A stretch of DNA of 64,000 nucleotides, from the NCBI GenBank assembly GCA_028748975.1, contig JAQTPI010000001.1, positions 354 to 64,353 on the forward strand, written 5' to 3'. The notes below the pieces were generated by a model, which was given only the letters and a program-made list of their open reading frames with translations, searched no databases and was not told the origin of the DNA. The position numbers were made by a program, and so were the translations under genes. This document shows, in pieces, positions 19,749 through 29,557 of the stretch. Source of the stretch: Patescibacteria group bacterium (GTDB taxonomy: Bacteria; Patescibacteriota; Patescibacteriia; UBA2196). How positions within the stretch are numbered: the first letter of the stretch is position 1; every line of letters starts with the position of its first letter.

Positions 19749-21137
19749 ATGAAAAAAAAGACAGAACAACTAAATGACAAAATGGACAAGTTGATATCTT
19801 TAGCCAAGCGCCGCGGGTTCATTTTTCAGTCCTCGGAAATTTATGGCGGTTTTGGCGCCTATGATTACGGCCCCTTGGGCGTGGAGCTAAAAAATAACAT
19901 TAAAAAAGCTTGGTGGAAGCTGTTTGTCACCGACCGCTCCGATATGTTTGGCTTGGATGCTTCCATCTTGATGAATCCTAAGGTTTGGGAAGCTTCGGGC
20001 CATCTTAAAAATTTTTCCGACCCACTCGTGGATTGCAAGAAATGCCGCAAGCGTTTTCGCGCCGACCATCTTTTAGAATTGAATTCAGCCGAACCCAAAC
20101 ATGAAAAAGAAAAAATCAGCGAGCTGCCCCAAACTTGTCCTGAATGCGGCGGAGAATTGACCGCGGCGCGCAATTTCAATTTGATGCTGAAAACCTTCAT
20201 CGGTCCGGTGGAAGATGAGGGCGCGGTTTGTTATCTTCGCCCGGAAACAGCCGGTGGAATTTTTACCAATTTTAAAAATGTTTTAAATTCCATGCGCGCG
20301 CGCGTGCCTTTTGGCATCGGCCAAATTGGCAAAGCTTTTCGCAATGAAATCACCACGGAAAACTGGATCTATCGCACTCGCGAATTTGAACAGATGGAAA
20401 TTGAATATTTCATCAATTCCAAGGACTGGAAAAAGAAATTTGAAGAATGGCTGGAACTCATGAAAAAGTGGTGCGAATTTTTGGGCATCAAAAAAGAAAA
20501 TTTGGTTTTGCACGAAATTGAAGACAAAGACCGCGCTTTCTACTCCAAGCGCACAGTTGATTTTGAATATAAATATCCTTTCGGCACCAAAGAACTTTAC
20601 GGTTTGGCCTATCGCACTGATTATGATTTAAGCCAGCACCAGAAATTTTCCGGCGAGGATTTAAATTACACCGACCCGGTGACTGGCGAAAAATTTTTAC
20701 CGCATGTGATTGAGCCTTCGCTTGGTGTTGACCGCACAATTTTGCCGGTTTTACTTGAGGCTTACAGCGAAGTGGAAGCGCGCAGTGGCGAAGATGATGC
20801 CAAACACGAAAAGGAAGTGGTTTTGAAACTGCCCTATGAACTCGCGCCGATTAAAGTTGCCATTTTGCCTTTGTCTAAAAAAGAACCGCTCGGGGAAATC
20901 GCGCATAAAATTGAAATGGATTTAAGAAGAAATTTGGTGGTGCAATACGACGAAACTGGCTCCATTGGCAAACGCTATCGCCGCCAAGACGAAATCGGCA
21001 CGCCCTTTTGCGTGACCGTGGATTTTGACAGTGTGGCAGATAAAAAAGTGACCGTCAGAGATAGAGATAGTATGAGTCAAGATAGGATTTTAATTAGTGA
21101 ATTGAGAAACTACTTAAATAATAAATTAATACGCTGA
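19749..21137 (+). CDS. glyQS: Glycine-tRNA ligase, homodimeric type
   Basis: KRRGF..SSEIYGG, YDYGPLG, LRPETA, FRNEI, REFEQME, SIGKRYRRQDEIGTP. Confidence 0.97.
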   Translation: MKKKTEQLNDKMDKLISLAKRRGFIFQSSEIYGGFGAYDYGPLGVELKNNIKKAWWKLFVTDRSDMFGLDASILMNPKVWEASGHLKNFSDPLVDCKKCRKRFRADHLLELNSAEPKHEKEKISELPQTCPECGGELTAARNFNLMLKTFIGPVEDEGAVCYLRPETAGGIFTNFKNVLNSMRARVPFGIGQIGKAFRNEITTENWIYRTREFEQMEIEYFINSKDWKKKFEEWLELMKKWCEFLGIKKENLVLHEIEDKDRAFYSKRTVDFEYKYPFGTKELYGLAYRTDYDLSQHQKFSGEDLNYTDPVTGEKFLPHVIEPSLGVDRTILPVLLEAYSEVEARSGEDDAKHEKEVVLKLPYELAPIKVAILPLSKKEPLGEIAHKIEMDLRRNLVVQYDETGSIGKRYRRQDEIGTPFCVTVDFDSVADKKVTVRDRDSMSQDRILISELRNYLNNKLIR

Positions 21138-21620
21138 TTTACGCAGATGAGAACACAGATCAACGCAGATTTGAAAAATTCTAATTTTCTTCATGGGGAT
21201 TTGACTTTTGTGATTCGCGGAGTTTTTTATGAGATTCGCAATCAATATGGGCCGGGTCAAAAAGAATCGGTTTATGAAAATTTAGTTTACGAATATTTAA
21301 AAGAAAAAGGTTACGTGGTGGAGAAACAACCGACCATTAATATATATTCTGCTAAAACAAATAACAAAGTTGGGGTTTATAGACCAGATCTTTTAGTAGA
21401 AAATAAAATAATCATTGAAATCAAATCTGCCAGGATTACCACGATTCAAGATGAAAAACAATTATATTTTTATTTACGCAACAGCCAATATGAACTAGGT
21501 CTATTAGTAAATTTTTCCACGCCACATTTTTTTATTAAAAGAATAATTTACTCAAATAGCAAAAAATTATTCCTAAAAAAATCAGTGTAAATCTGCGTTC
21601 GCATCTGTGTTTATCGGCGT
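21131..21620. mobile_element. Candidate element: GxxExxY gene bracketed by inverted ACGCAGAT tandem arrays
   Basis: Left array 21131-21172 and right array 21580-21620 are imperfect reverse complements with matching 10/12/10 spacing. Confidence 0.55.
21147..21590 (+). CDS. GxxExxY protein (PD-(D/E)XK nuclease-like)
   Basis: GPGQKESVY, YRPDLLVENKIIIEIKS, QL..YL......LGLLVNF. Confidence 0.9.
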   Translation: MRTQINADLKNSNFLHGDLTFVIRGVFYEIRNQYGPGQKESVYENLVYEYLKEKGYVVEKQPTINIYSAKTNNKVGVYRPDLLVENKIIIEIKSARITTIQDEKQLYFYLRNSQYELGLLVNFSTPHFFIKRIIYSNSKKLFLKKSV

Positions 21621-21646
21621 GATTATTATTTATCTGAGAATAAGTT

Positions 21647-22915
21647 ATGTATAAGAAGTATAAACTCTCAAACGGTACACGTGTAATCTTAGCGCCGCAG
21701 AAAAATACCAAGGCCGCCACGGTTTTGGTTTTGTATGGCGTGGGCTCGCGCTATGAAAAAGAAAGCGAAGCCGGCATCTCCCATTTTTTGGAACACGTGG
21801 TTTTTAAGGGCACAACCAAGCGGCCGAATACCCTGGAAATTTCTAGGGAATTAGATGCAATTGGTGCTAAATATAATGCTTTTACCGGTAAAGACCACAC
21901 CGGTTATTATGTCAAAGCCAATGCCGAGCATCTGGGTTTGGCTGTGGAAATTTTATCCGACATGCTTTTTAACTCCAAATTTGAGAGTCAGGAAATTAAA
22001 CGCGAAAAAGGCACAATTATTGAAGAAATAAATATGTTTGAAGATAACCCAAGTTTTGGTGTTAATCTTTTGCTTGATAATATAGTTTTTAAAAATAATT
22101 CTTTATCTCGTGATGAAGGTGGCACTAAAAAAACCGTGTCTGCCGTGACGCGCGCCAAAATCATAAATTATAGAAACACGCACTATCGGCCGGAGAATTG
22201 TGCCATCGTCATTGCCGGAAATGTTGACAATCAAAAAGCCAGAAGAATAATAGAAAAATATTTTGGCGGCGAAGCAAAAAAGAAAAAGAAACCGGATTTT
22301 GAAAAATTTAAAGAATTCCAAAAAGCACCGCAGATTAAATTGAAATACAAAAAAACCGAGCAAGTGCATCTAGTGTTTGGTTTCACTGGTCCCAAAGCGA
22401 CTGATAAAGATTTTATGGCGACGCAGATTCTTTCCGTAATTCTTGGCGGCTCCATGAGTTCGCGCCTGTTCATTAATATTCGCGAACGCTATGGCCTTTG
22501 TTATTATATTCGTTCTTCTTTTGACAGTTACCATGATGTCGGACTTTTTTCCATTACAGCGGGGTTGGATAAAAAAAGAATTTTTTTAGCCATTAATCTA
22601 ATTTTGAAAGAATTAAGAAAAATTAAACAAAAGGGAATTACCAAAGAAGAATTGAAAAAGGCGCAAGAATTTTTGAAAGGCCACATTATTTTGGAAATGG
22701 AAGATTCGGCCGCAGTGGCCGAATGGTTCGGCCGGCAGGAAATTTTGGTGCGCCAGACCAAAACACCGGAGCAAAAAATCGCGGAAGTTATGAAAGTGAC
22801 CAAAAATAAAGTAGACGCGATTGCCAGAAAAATTTTTCAGACCGAAAAACTGAATTTAGCTTTGATCGGCCCATACCGAGATGATAAAAAATTTAAAAAA
22901 TTATTAAAAATATAA
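21647..22915 (+). CDS. M16 family zinc peptidase
   Basis: HFLEH inverted zinc motif, NAFT, SSRLF..IRE..GL.Y. Confidence 0.93.
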   Translation: MYKKYKLSNGTRVILAPQKNTKAATVLVLYGVGSRYEKESEAGISHFLEHVVFKGTTKRPNTLEISRELDAIGAKYNAFTGKDHTGYYVKANAEHLGLAVEILSDMLFNSKFESQEIKREKGTIIEEINMFEDNPSFGVNLLLDNIVFKNNSLSRDEGGTKKTVSAVTRAKIINYRNTHYRPENCAIVIAGNVDNQKARRIIEKYFGGEAKKKKKPDFEKFKEFQKAPQIKLKYKKTEQVHLVFGFTGPKATDKDFMATQILSVILGGSMSSRLFINIRERYGLCYYIRSSFDSYHDVGLFSITAGLDKKRIFLAINLILKELRKIKQKGITKEELKKAQEFLKGHIILEMEDSAAVAEWFGRQEILVRQTKTPEQKIAEVMKVTKNKVDAIARKIFQTEKLNLALIGPYRDDKKFKKLLKI

Positions 22916-22925
22916 TTTAATAAAT

Positions 22926-23106
22926 AATTTCCAATAACCAAGAAACAATTTCCAAATAAGTTCCAAATACCAAATTCCAAATAATCATATTTTGAATTTT
23001 GGTTATTGAAATTTGTGGTTGTCCTTAGGACAACCATCCCGCAATTCTGCGGGATGCCAGCGAAGCTGGCATTTATTTGGAAATTGGAACTTGTATCTTG
23101 GAACTT
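22926..23106. repeat. 181-bp MITE-like repeat, copy 1 of 3
   Basis: Essentially identical to 53440-53620 and 39031-39206; heptamer arms plus triple-hairpin cassette. Confidence 0.92.
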
Positions 23107-23116
23107 AAAAAATTTT

Positions 23117-24154
23117 ATGCCCATGCCTAAAACTTCTCACAATTTATCCTACACTTCCATCCTGCGCGTGGTCGTGGTCGCCCTCGCGCTTGGCTTCCTC
23201 TACATCGTGCGCGATGTCATCGGTTTGGTTTTTGTCTCCGTCATTTTGGCCGCCGCTTTTGACCCTTTTATTGATTTTTTTGAAAATCGAAAAATTCCGC
23301 GTGCCGTTTCCATTTTGGTCATCTATCTCATCCTCTTGGCTGTCATCAGTCTGGTTGTTGTTCTTTTAATTCCTCCGATTTCCGAGCAGGTGGGGCAATT
23401 GGCGCGCAATTTACCAGATTATTATGAACGGGTGGCCTTGGATTTAAACAGTTTACGTGACGGACAACAAAGTGTGGCCCCCACTTTGCCCCAGGCCCTT
23501 TCTGGTTTAAGCAATAATTTGGCCAAAACTACCAGTAGTGTTTTTTCCACTTTAACTGGAATTTTTGGTGGCCTGGTTTCTTTTGTTTCCGTGCTGGTCA
23601 TGACTTTCTATCTGGCCGTGCAGAAAAATGGTCTTAAATTTTTTATCAGATTTCTGACGCCCGCTGAACACCATGGTTATGTTTTGGGTCTGGCCGACCG
23701 GGTGCAAAATAAAATCGGCACCTGGTTGAGGGGACAAATGATTTTGTGTTTGGTAGTAGGCCTCGCTGTTTACGTTGGCTTGACCCTTCTTGGTGTTAAA
23801 TATGCCCTGCTGCTTGGCGTCATCGCCGGCATTACGGAAATAATTCCTTATGTCGGTCCTTTCATTGGCGCCATTCCCGGCGTCTTCATCGCTTTTTCTG
23901 ATTCTTTGCCCAAAGTCATCATGGTGGCCGCGATGTATTTTTTGGTTCAACAATTGGAAAATTACATTTTGGTGCCAAAAGTAATGCAGCGCACCACCGG
24001 CCTAAACGCCGTGGTGGTCATGGCCGCCATTTTAATTGGCGGCAAATTGGGCGGCATTGTCGGCGCGCTTTTAGCCGTGCCCGTGGTTTCCATGCTAGAA
24101 GTGTTTTTGTTGGAAAGATTCCCATATATGAGGCAGGTGGAGGAGAAATCCTAA
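23117..24154 (+). CDS. AI-2E family transporter
   Basis: Multi-TM; IPYVGPFIG, QQLEN..LVP.VM, G..GA.LAVP. Confidence 0.92.
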   Translation: MPMPKTSHNLSYTSILRVVVVALALGFLYIVRDVIGLVFVSVILAAAFDPFIDFFENRKIPRAVSILVIYLILLAVISLVVVLLIPPISEQVGQLARNLPDYYERVALDLNSLRDGQQSVAPTLPQALSGLSNNLAKTTSSVFSTLTGIFGGLVSFVSVLVMTFYLAVQKNGLKFFIRFLTPAEHHGYVLGLADRVQNKIGTWLRGQMILCLVVGLAVYVGLTLLGVKYALLLGVIAGITEIIPYVGPFIGAIPGVFIAFSDSLPKVIMVAAMYFLVQQLENYILVPKVMQRTTGLNAVVVMAAILIGGKLGGIVGALLAVPVVSMLEVFLLERFPYMRQVEEKS

Positions 24155-24278
24155 AAGGGGAAGTCGTTATACGGCGTCGCCGCTCGTATCGTGATAAGTT
24201 TTACGTTTAACGACCGTTCAACAACAAACGATTGCCGAAACGGGCTGCGATGCCGTTAAACGATTAATGAATTATTTT

Positions 24279-25064
24279 ATGTTGTATATAGTGGCGACTC
24301 CCATCGGCAATTTGGAAGATATCACCTTGCGCGCCTTGCGCATTCTGAAAGAAGTGGATTATATTTTATGTGAAGATACGCGGGTGACGGCGCGACTTTT
24401 GGCGCATTATAAAATTTACCCTGTCAAATCCACCACGGGTGGTTCGCCAGAGGCGAAATTTGACAGGGTAAAAGGGAAAAAACTAATTGCTTATCATCAG
24501 CATACCGACGAAAGAAAAATAAAAGAAATCGTGAAATTGGTGGAAAATAATAATGTGGCGCTGGTAACCGATGCTGGCACGCCGGGGATTTCCGATCCGG
24601 GGAATAGATTAATTAATGAACTTCTAACCCCCTTTAGGGGAGGTGGAAACGAAACCTCGGCTAAAGCCGGTAGGAATTTTCGAATAGAACCAATACCGGG
24701 CGCGTGCGCTTTAGTAACGGCTTTATCCATAAGCGGTCTGCCCACTGATAAATTTATTTTCAAAGGTTTCGTGCCACATAAAAAGGGGAGAGAAACTTTT
24801 TTGAAAGAAGTAATCGCCAGCGCTGAAACTGTGGTCTATTATGATTCGCCCTATAGAATAATAAAAAATTTGGAAAAAATTCGCGATTTATTAGCTGGCA
24901 TTCGCGACGGATTTGCGAAACCAAAGCATTTTATTGTCTGCCGCGAACTGACCAAAAAATTTGAAACCATCTACCGCGGTTCTGCCGAGGAAATTTTGGC
25001 AGAAATAAAAAAGGAGTTCCATGAGGGAACTCCGAAGGGTGAATTTGTGGTGGTGGCTGGATAA
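24279..25064 (+). CDS. rsmI: 16S rRNA (cytidine-1402-2'-O)-methyltransferase with in-frame hairpin inserts
   Basis: LYIVATPIGNLEDIT.RA, CEDTR, DAGTPGISDPG, RELTKKFE, KGEFV. Confidence 0.95.
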   Translation: MLYIVATPIGNLEDITLRALRILKEVDYILCEDTRVTARLLAHYKIYPVKSTTGGSPEAKFDRVKGKKLIAYHQHTDERKIKEIVKLVENNNVALVTDAGTPGISDPGNRLINELLTPFRGGGNETSAKAGRNFRIEPIPGACALVTALSISGLPTDKFIFKGFVPHKKGRETFLKEVIASAETVVYYDSPYRIIKNLEKIRDLLAGIRDGFAKPKHFIVCRELTKKFETIYRGSAEEILAEIKKEFHEGTPKGEFVVVAG

Positions 25065-25076
25065 ACTAAGTGTTTT

Positions 25077-25313
25077 TTAATCCGGCATTTTCCCCAAATT
25101 TTTTGTTACCCAATGATCACCGTAAATGTAATTTAATTTTTCTTTATTCCAAATCCATATTTTCCAAATCAATAATTTAAAAGCCACTTTTCTATCTTCC
25201 TCAAATTCAAATAATTTATTAGAAGATTTTCTTATTTCATTATATAACCATTTACTTCTAATAAATATTAAAATACTAAGAATTAATGCAATAATTATTA
25301 ACGTGGTAGGCAT
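25077..25313 (-). CDS. Small membrane-anchored ORFan
   Basis: N-terminal TM helix; AAGGAGG SD. Confidence 0.6.
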   Translation of the reverse strand: MPTTLIIIALILSILIFIRSKWLYNEIRKSSNKLFEFEEDRKVAFKLLIWKIWIWNKEKLNYIYGDHWVTKNLGKMPD

Positions 25314-25331
25314 TTTTCCTCCTTTTAATTT

Positions 25332-25604
25332 TTATTCCCCAAAATCTTTCCCGTCTTCTGCTAGCACATTACCAACACTTTTTTCAACAGCCGGTTTTCC
25401 CGGCGGAAAATGTTTATCCAGTAGCGCCAATGATTTTTGCAGTTCTTTCATGATTTTATTTATTTCTTCTCTTACTTCTGCTACTGTGCCATCTCCATCG
25501 TCTTGTTTTAAAATTTGCAAGAAAATATTCAAAGCAATAATCAGATCGGTTTTGATTTCTTGAAGCCGGGTGCCGATATTTTCACCAGTCAGCTTAGCCG
25601 CCAT
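25332..25604 (-). CDS. Helical ORFan
   Basis: AAGGAGG SD. Confidence 0.6.
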   Translation of the reverse strand: MAAKLTGENIGTRLQEIKTDLIIALNIFLQILKQDDGDGTVAEVREEINKIMKELQKSLALLDKHFPPGKPAVEKSVGNVLAEDGKDFGE

Positions 25605-25682
25605 AGGTCCTCCTTGTTTGGATTGTGAATGTGAGACAGGCTTGATTTTTACCTTATTTCATCTTAGTAAATTTATAGAAAT

Positions 25683-27122
25683 ATGTCAAAGAAATTCTAC
25701 ATTACCACCCCGATTTATTACGTGAATGACAAGCCGCACATCGGCCACGCCTACACTACGATTGTGGCGGATGTTTTGGCGCGCTGGCACCGCCAGAATA
25801 AGGGTGATGTGTTTTTTTTAACCGGCACGGATGAGCATGGCACGAAAGTGGCTGAATCAGCCGCGGCTGTCGGCAAAACCCCGCAGGAATTTTGCGATGA
25901 AATTTCCGCTCTGTTTGAGGCGAAATGGAAAAACTTAAATATCAGCAACGATGATTTCATTCGCACCACTTCCGCCCGGCATAAAAAAAGAGTTATAGAA
26001 ATTTTTAATTTATTGAAAGACGCGAAGACGCCACAAGGCAGGGAAGTAATTTATCAGGGTGAATATAAAGGGCTTTATTGCACCGGCTGCGAAAAATTTT
26101 TAACCGAAAAAGAATTGGTGGACGGCAAATGTCCTGACCATAAAACCGCGCCGGCAGAATTAAAAGAAAAAAATTATTTTTTTCGTTTGTCCGATTACAA
26201 AGATATTTTGCGTAAAAAAATTGAAAAAGATGAAATAAATATTTTTCCTGTTAAACGTAAAAATGAGGCGCTCGCCATGCTGGAATTTATTGATGATTTT
26301 TCCGTCTCTCGCGAAACCGTAAAATGGGGAATTGATTTGCCTTTTGATAAATCGCAGAAAATTTATGTCTGGGTTGATGCACTTTCAAATTATTTGACCG
26401 CCCTGGGCTATCCCGATGACAAGAATTATAAAAAATGGTGGCCGGCCGATGTCCAATTGATGGCGCAGGATATTTTGAAATTTCACACGCTTTATTGGCC
26501 GGCAATTCTAATGGCGCTCGGTTTGTCTTTGCCAAAAAATATTTGCATTCATGGTTTCTTCACGATTAATGGCGAGAAGATGAGCAAGTCTTTGGGCAAC
26601 GCCATTGATCCCGATGAATTGGTGGAAAAATATGGGGTGGATGCCACGCGGTATTTGCTTTTATCGCAATTTGCTTTTGGCGAAGAAGCCGATGTCCAAG
26701 TGGCGCGGTTTCCGGAAAAATTTAATTCCAATTTGGCCAATGGCCTCGGCAATTTGGTGGCGCGAGTTTCCAATCTATTGGAAAAGAATAAGATACCCAC
26801 CGATTTACGTCATGATTATAATCATGACAGGAAACTGACAAAAGAATTTGAAGAAAAAATGGAAAATTATAAATTCAACGAAGCTCTGGAGGTTTTGTGG
26901 AAAAGACTGCGCGCCTGCGATGAAATTTTAACCAAAACCGAACCCTGGAAAATGAAAAACAAAGAAGAAATTAAAAAAGTTTTGGAGCCGGTGGCGCAGG
27001 ACATTTTAAGCGTGGCCGAACTCCTGCAGCCCTTTATGCCCGCCACTTCTGAAAAAATCGTGGCACAATTTGGCGCGAAACAAATTAAAAAAGGCGAGAC
27101 ATTATTTCCAAGAATAAGTTAA
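25683..27122 (+). CDS. metG: Methionine-tRNA ligase
   Basis: YITTPIYYVN..PHIGH, GTDEHG, YVW.DAL, KMSKS. Confidence 0.97.
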   Translation: MSKKFYITTPIYYVNDKPHIGHAYTTIVADVLARWHRQNKGDVFFLTGTDEHGTKVAESAAAVGKTPQEFCDEISALFEAKWKNLNISNDDFIRTTSARHKKRVIEIFNLLKDAKTPQGREVIYQGEYKGLYCTGCEKFLTEKELVDGKCPDHKTAPAELKEKNYFFRLSDYKDILRKKIEKDEINIFPVKRKNEALAMLEFIDDFSVSRETVKWGIDLPFDKSQKIYVWVDALSNYLTALGYPDDKNYKKWWPADVQLMAQDILKFHTLYWPAILMALGLSLPKNICIHGFFTINGEKMSKSLGNAIDPDELVEKYGVDATRYLLLSQFAFGEEADVQVARFPEKFNSNLANGLGNLVARVSNLLEKNKIPTDLRHDYNHDRKLTKEFEEKMENYKFNEALEVLWKRLRACDEILTKTEPWKMKNKEEIKKVLEPVAQDILSVAELLQPFMPATSEKIVAQFGAKQIKKGETLFPRIS

Positions 27123-27209
27123 GTGTTTTGTCATTCCGGCCCCCGAGCCGGAATCTAGGAAATAAAAAAAGACCCAAACTCGTGTTGATGAGTCGGGCCC
27201 CCGCGAAGA

Positions 27210-27533
27210 TTACTTCATTTGATCGGCCGGAATAAATCCGTCGGGTAGCAACGGCATTTTTATACAACCGACGCTAACTTTTCTGATTTTCAATGCTTGG
27301 ATTATTCTATCTATTTGTTCCAGACCTTTGGTTGAACAAATGATAAGGTAGGGCATTCGTCTATTTTTTCCATCGCACGACCTAACATCGGAATAACGGA
27401 GACGTGATGTAATAACAATGTCGTTATCATAAGAACCGGCCATAAACTTAACAAAAATTACTGCGTCATCTATTTTCTTCTTCATTTTTTTGGCCTCGTG
27501 ACGATTAAAGCCAATCATCATAATATTCAGCAT
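27210..27533 (-). CDS. ORFan with own promoter
   Basis: GGGGG SD before ATG 27533; TTGACA-17-TAAAAT at 27605-27577. Confidence 0.55.
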   Translation of the reverse strand: MLNIMMIGFNRHEAKKMKKKIDDAVIFVKFMAGSYDNDIVITSRLRYSDVRSCDGKNRRMPYLIICSTKGLEQIDRIIQALKIRKVSVGCIKMPLLPDGFIPADQMK

Positions 27534-27697
27534 TTTAGTACCCCCTTTCTTGTTTTTTGAATTTGATTGTATTTTCATTTTAGCATGTCTAATTTTTTGT
27601 GTCAAGCTCAAGATTAAAATATTAAAATATTTAAAATTTACGAGATCCCTCGGCTTGGCCGATTGCTATCGGCCTCGCTCGGGATAAACTACAAAAT

Positions 27698-28231
27698 ATG
27701 TCTCTATCCATCCTGGACTTTGTCCTGCTCATCCTGCTCTTTGCCTTTGCCGGCGGAGGGTTTGCCATGGGCCTAATTAACGAGGTCGGAAATTTGGTCG
27801 GTACCGTTGTCGGTGCCGTGGCCGCCACCAATTTTTTTGAAAAATTAGCCAGCTGGGTTGGCACGCCGTTTAATCTCTCGGAAAATTTAGTAAAAATTCT
27901 TTGTTTCCTTTTAATTTTCATCGTAGCCAATCGCTTGGTCGTAGCCATTTTCAGTATTGCGAATAAAGTTTTCAATGCCTTGGCAATTATTCCGTTTCTC
28001 AAAACCATTAATCGCGTGGCCGGCGCGGTTTTGGGCGTGGTCACCGGCGGGCTGATTATCGGATTGTTCTTGGTTTTCATTGCCAAATTTCCTTTCGCCA
28101 CTTTCATTATGAAGCCGATGGAAAATTCCGAAGTCGCCCAGTTTTTGTTCAAGTACGGCAAAATTTTAATGCCGCTTCTGCCGGAATATTTCCGTAAAGC
28201 GACGGAAATGGTGAATATGTATAAGATATAA
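27698..28231 (+). CDS. cvpA: CvpA (colicin V production) family membrane protein
   Basis: LDFVLL..GF..GLI.E..L, NRVAGAVLG...G. Confidence 0.85.
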   Translation: MSLSILDFVLLILLFAFAGGGFAMGLINEVGNLVGTVVGAVAATNFFEKLASWVGTPFNLSENLVKILCFLLIFIVANRLVVAIFSIANKVFNALAIIPFLKTINRVAGAVLGVVTGGLIIGLFLVFIAKFPFATFIMKPMENSEVAQFLFKYGKILMPLLPEYFRKATEMVNMYKI

Positions 28232-28240
28232 AACACCTTA

Positions 28241-28344
28241 CGTCATTCCGAGAGCCGATATTATCGGCTCGATGGAATCTTGGTCGCAAAGATCCCATCG
28301 CTCGCCTCGCTTCGCGGTCGAAGCGGGCTTCGCTCGGGATGACA
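28241..28344. repeat. GTCAT..ATGACA element with two nested hairpin modules
   Basis: GCCGATATTATCGGC module; right-arm module is the near reverse complement of the tgt insert at 17483-17537. Confidence 0.8.
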
Positions 28345-28353
28345 AATTAATTT

Positions 28354-29238
28354 ATGCTTTTTGATTCGCATTGCCACCTCAATTTTTCCGTTTTTGCGGA
28401 AAATTATAGAGAAATAATCGCCGATTGCTTAAAAAAAGAAATCGGCGTTATTAATATCGGTTCGCAATTTGACACCTCCAAGCGCGCGGCCGAAATCGCG
28501 GCGGAATTTCCTAATAAAGAAATTTATGCCAGTGTTGGACTTCATCCGATTCATATTTCTGGCACCGAAGTTGACGATGAAGAGATAAAATTTAAGGGTC
28601 GCGAAGAAAAATTTGATGAAGAAAAATATCAGGAGTTAATTGATAATTATAAAAATAAAATAATTGCGGTGGGAGAAATTGGTTTGGATTATTGGCATAT
28701 ACCAATTAACAATCAACAATTAACAGTTAACAAAAAAGAAAACTGGAAAGAAAAACAAAAAGAAAGTTTTATCGCGCAACTAAATTTTGCGGTGAAAAAT
28801 AACTTACCGGTAATTTTACACGCGCGGGGCAGTAAGGAGAATTCGAACGATGCTTATGAAGATATGTTAAAAATTATCCAATTACAAATTACTAATTACA
28901 AATTACGGATTACTGGCGTCCTTCATTGTTTCGGCTCCAGTCGTAAAATCGCCCAGCAGTTTTTAGACCTCGGCTTCTACCTTGGTTTCACCGGCATCAT
29001 TACTTTCAAAAACAAAAACGTGGAAGAATTAAAAGAGGTGGTAAAAATGGCGCCACTTGATAAAATTTTGGTGGAAACCGACGCGCCCTATCTTTCACCG
29101 GAGCCCTTTCGTGGCAAAAAAAATACGCCACAAAATGTTGAATTTGTGGCGCGCCAAGTGGCGGAGTTGAAAAATACGACTTTTGAAAAAGTGTGCGAAC
29201 AAACAACCAAGAACATTGAAAAGGTTTTCAGGATTTAG
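28354..29238 (+). CDS. tatD: TatD family hydrolase with heptamer-repeat inserts
   Basis: DSHCHL, GLHP, VGEIGLDY, LH.R, HCF, ETDAPYL. Confidence 0.95.
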   Translation: MLFDSHCHLNFSVFAENYREIIADCLKKEIGVINIGSQFDTSKRAAEIAAEFPNKEIYASVGLHPIHISGTEVDDEEIKFKGREEKFDEEKYQELIDNYKNKIIAVGEIGLDYWHIPINNQQLTVNKKENWKEKQKESFIAQLNFAVKNNLPVILHARGSKENSNDAYEDMLKIIQLQITNYKLRITGVLHCFGSSRKIAQQFLDLGFYLGFTGIITFKNKNVEELKEVVKMAPLDKILVETDAPYLSPEPFRGKKNTPQNVEFVARQVAELKNTTFEKVCEQTTKNIEKVFRI

Positions 29239-29362
29239 GTTTGTGTTTTTTGCGTAAGACATTTTCCAGCCAACGTAGATCATTGGAACTGAATCCTGCC
29301 ACTATGAAGTAAGTTATCACCATACAAACAGCGATGATACCGAGAACAATCCAAATATTCAT
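29228..29362 (-). CDS. 44-aa single-TM peptide (not in ORF track)
   Basis: MNIWIVLGIIAVCMVITYFIVAGF..; GAGGAGG SD. Confidence 0.55.
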   Translation of the reverse strand: MNIWIVLGIIAVCMVITYFIVAGFSSNDLRWLENVLRKKHKPKS

Positions 29363-29393
29363 TTATTTTCCTCCTCTTAAAATATTGTATGTT

Positions 29394-29543
29394 TTATCGT
29401 GTTATTTTTTGACAGAACAAAGCTTTGATCTTTTTCCGATTTTTATCAATCAAAAAAACTAAAAATCCCAGATAAAGTAATCCTTTGGGAGAAAGTACTA
29501 GTACAGAAACCGCCAATATAAAGATGATTAATTTGATTGCCAT
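29394..29543 (-). CDS. 49-aa hydrophobic peptide (not in ORF track)
   Basis: MAIKLIIFILAVSVLVLSPKGLLYLGFLVFLIDK..; lies between two similar ORFs. Confidence 0.45.
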   Translation of the reverse strand: MAIKLIIFILAVSVLVLSPKGLLYLGFLVFLIDKNRKKIKALFCQKITR

Positions 29544-29557
29544 GGGCGCTTCTTTCT

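Noticed and set aside
23015-23074. Triple-hairpin cassette as a tRNA
   Set aside because: No acceptor stem, T-loop (TTCGA) or D-loop consensus; loops are only 3-4 nt.
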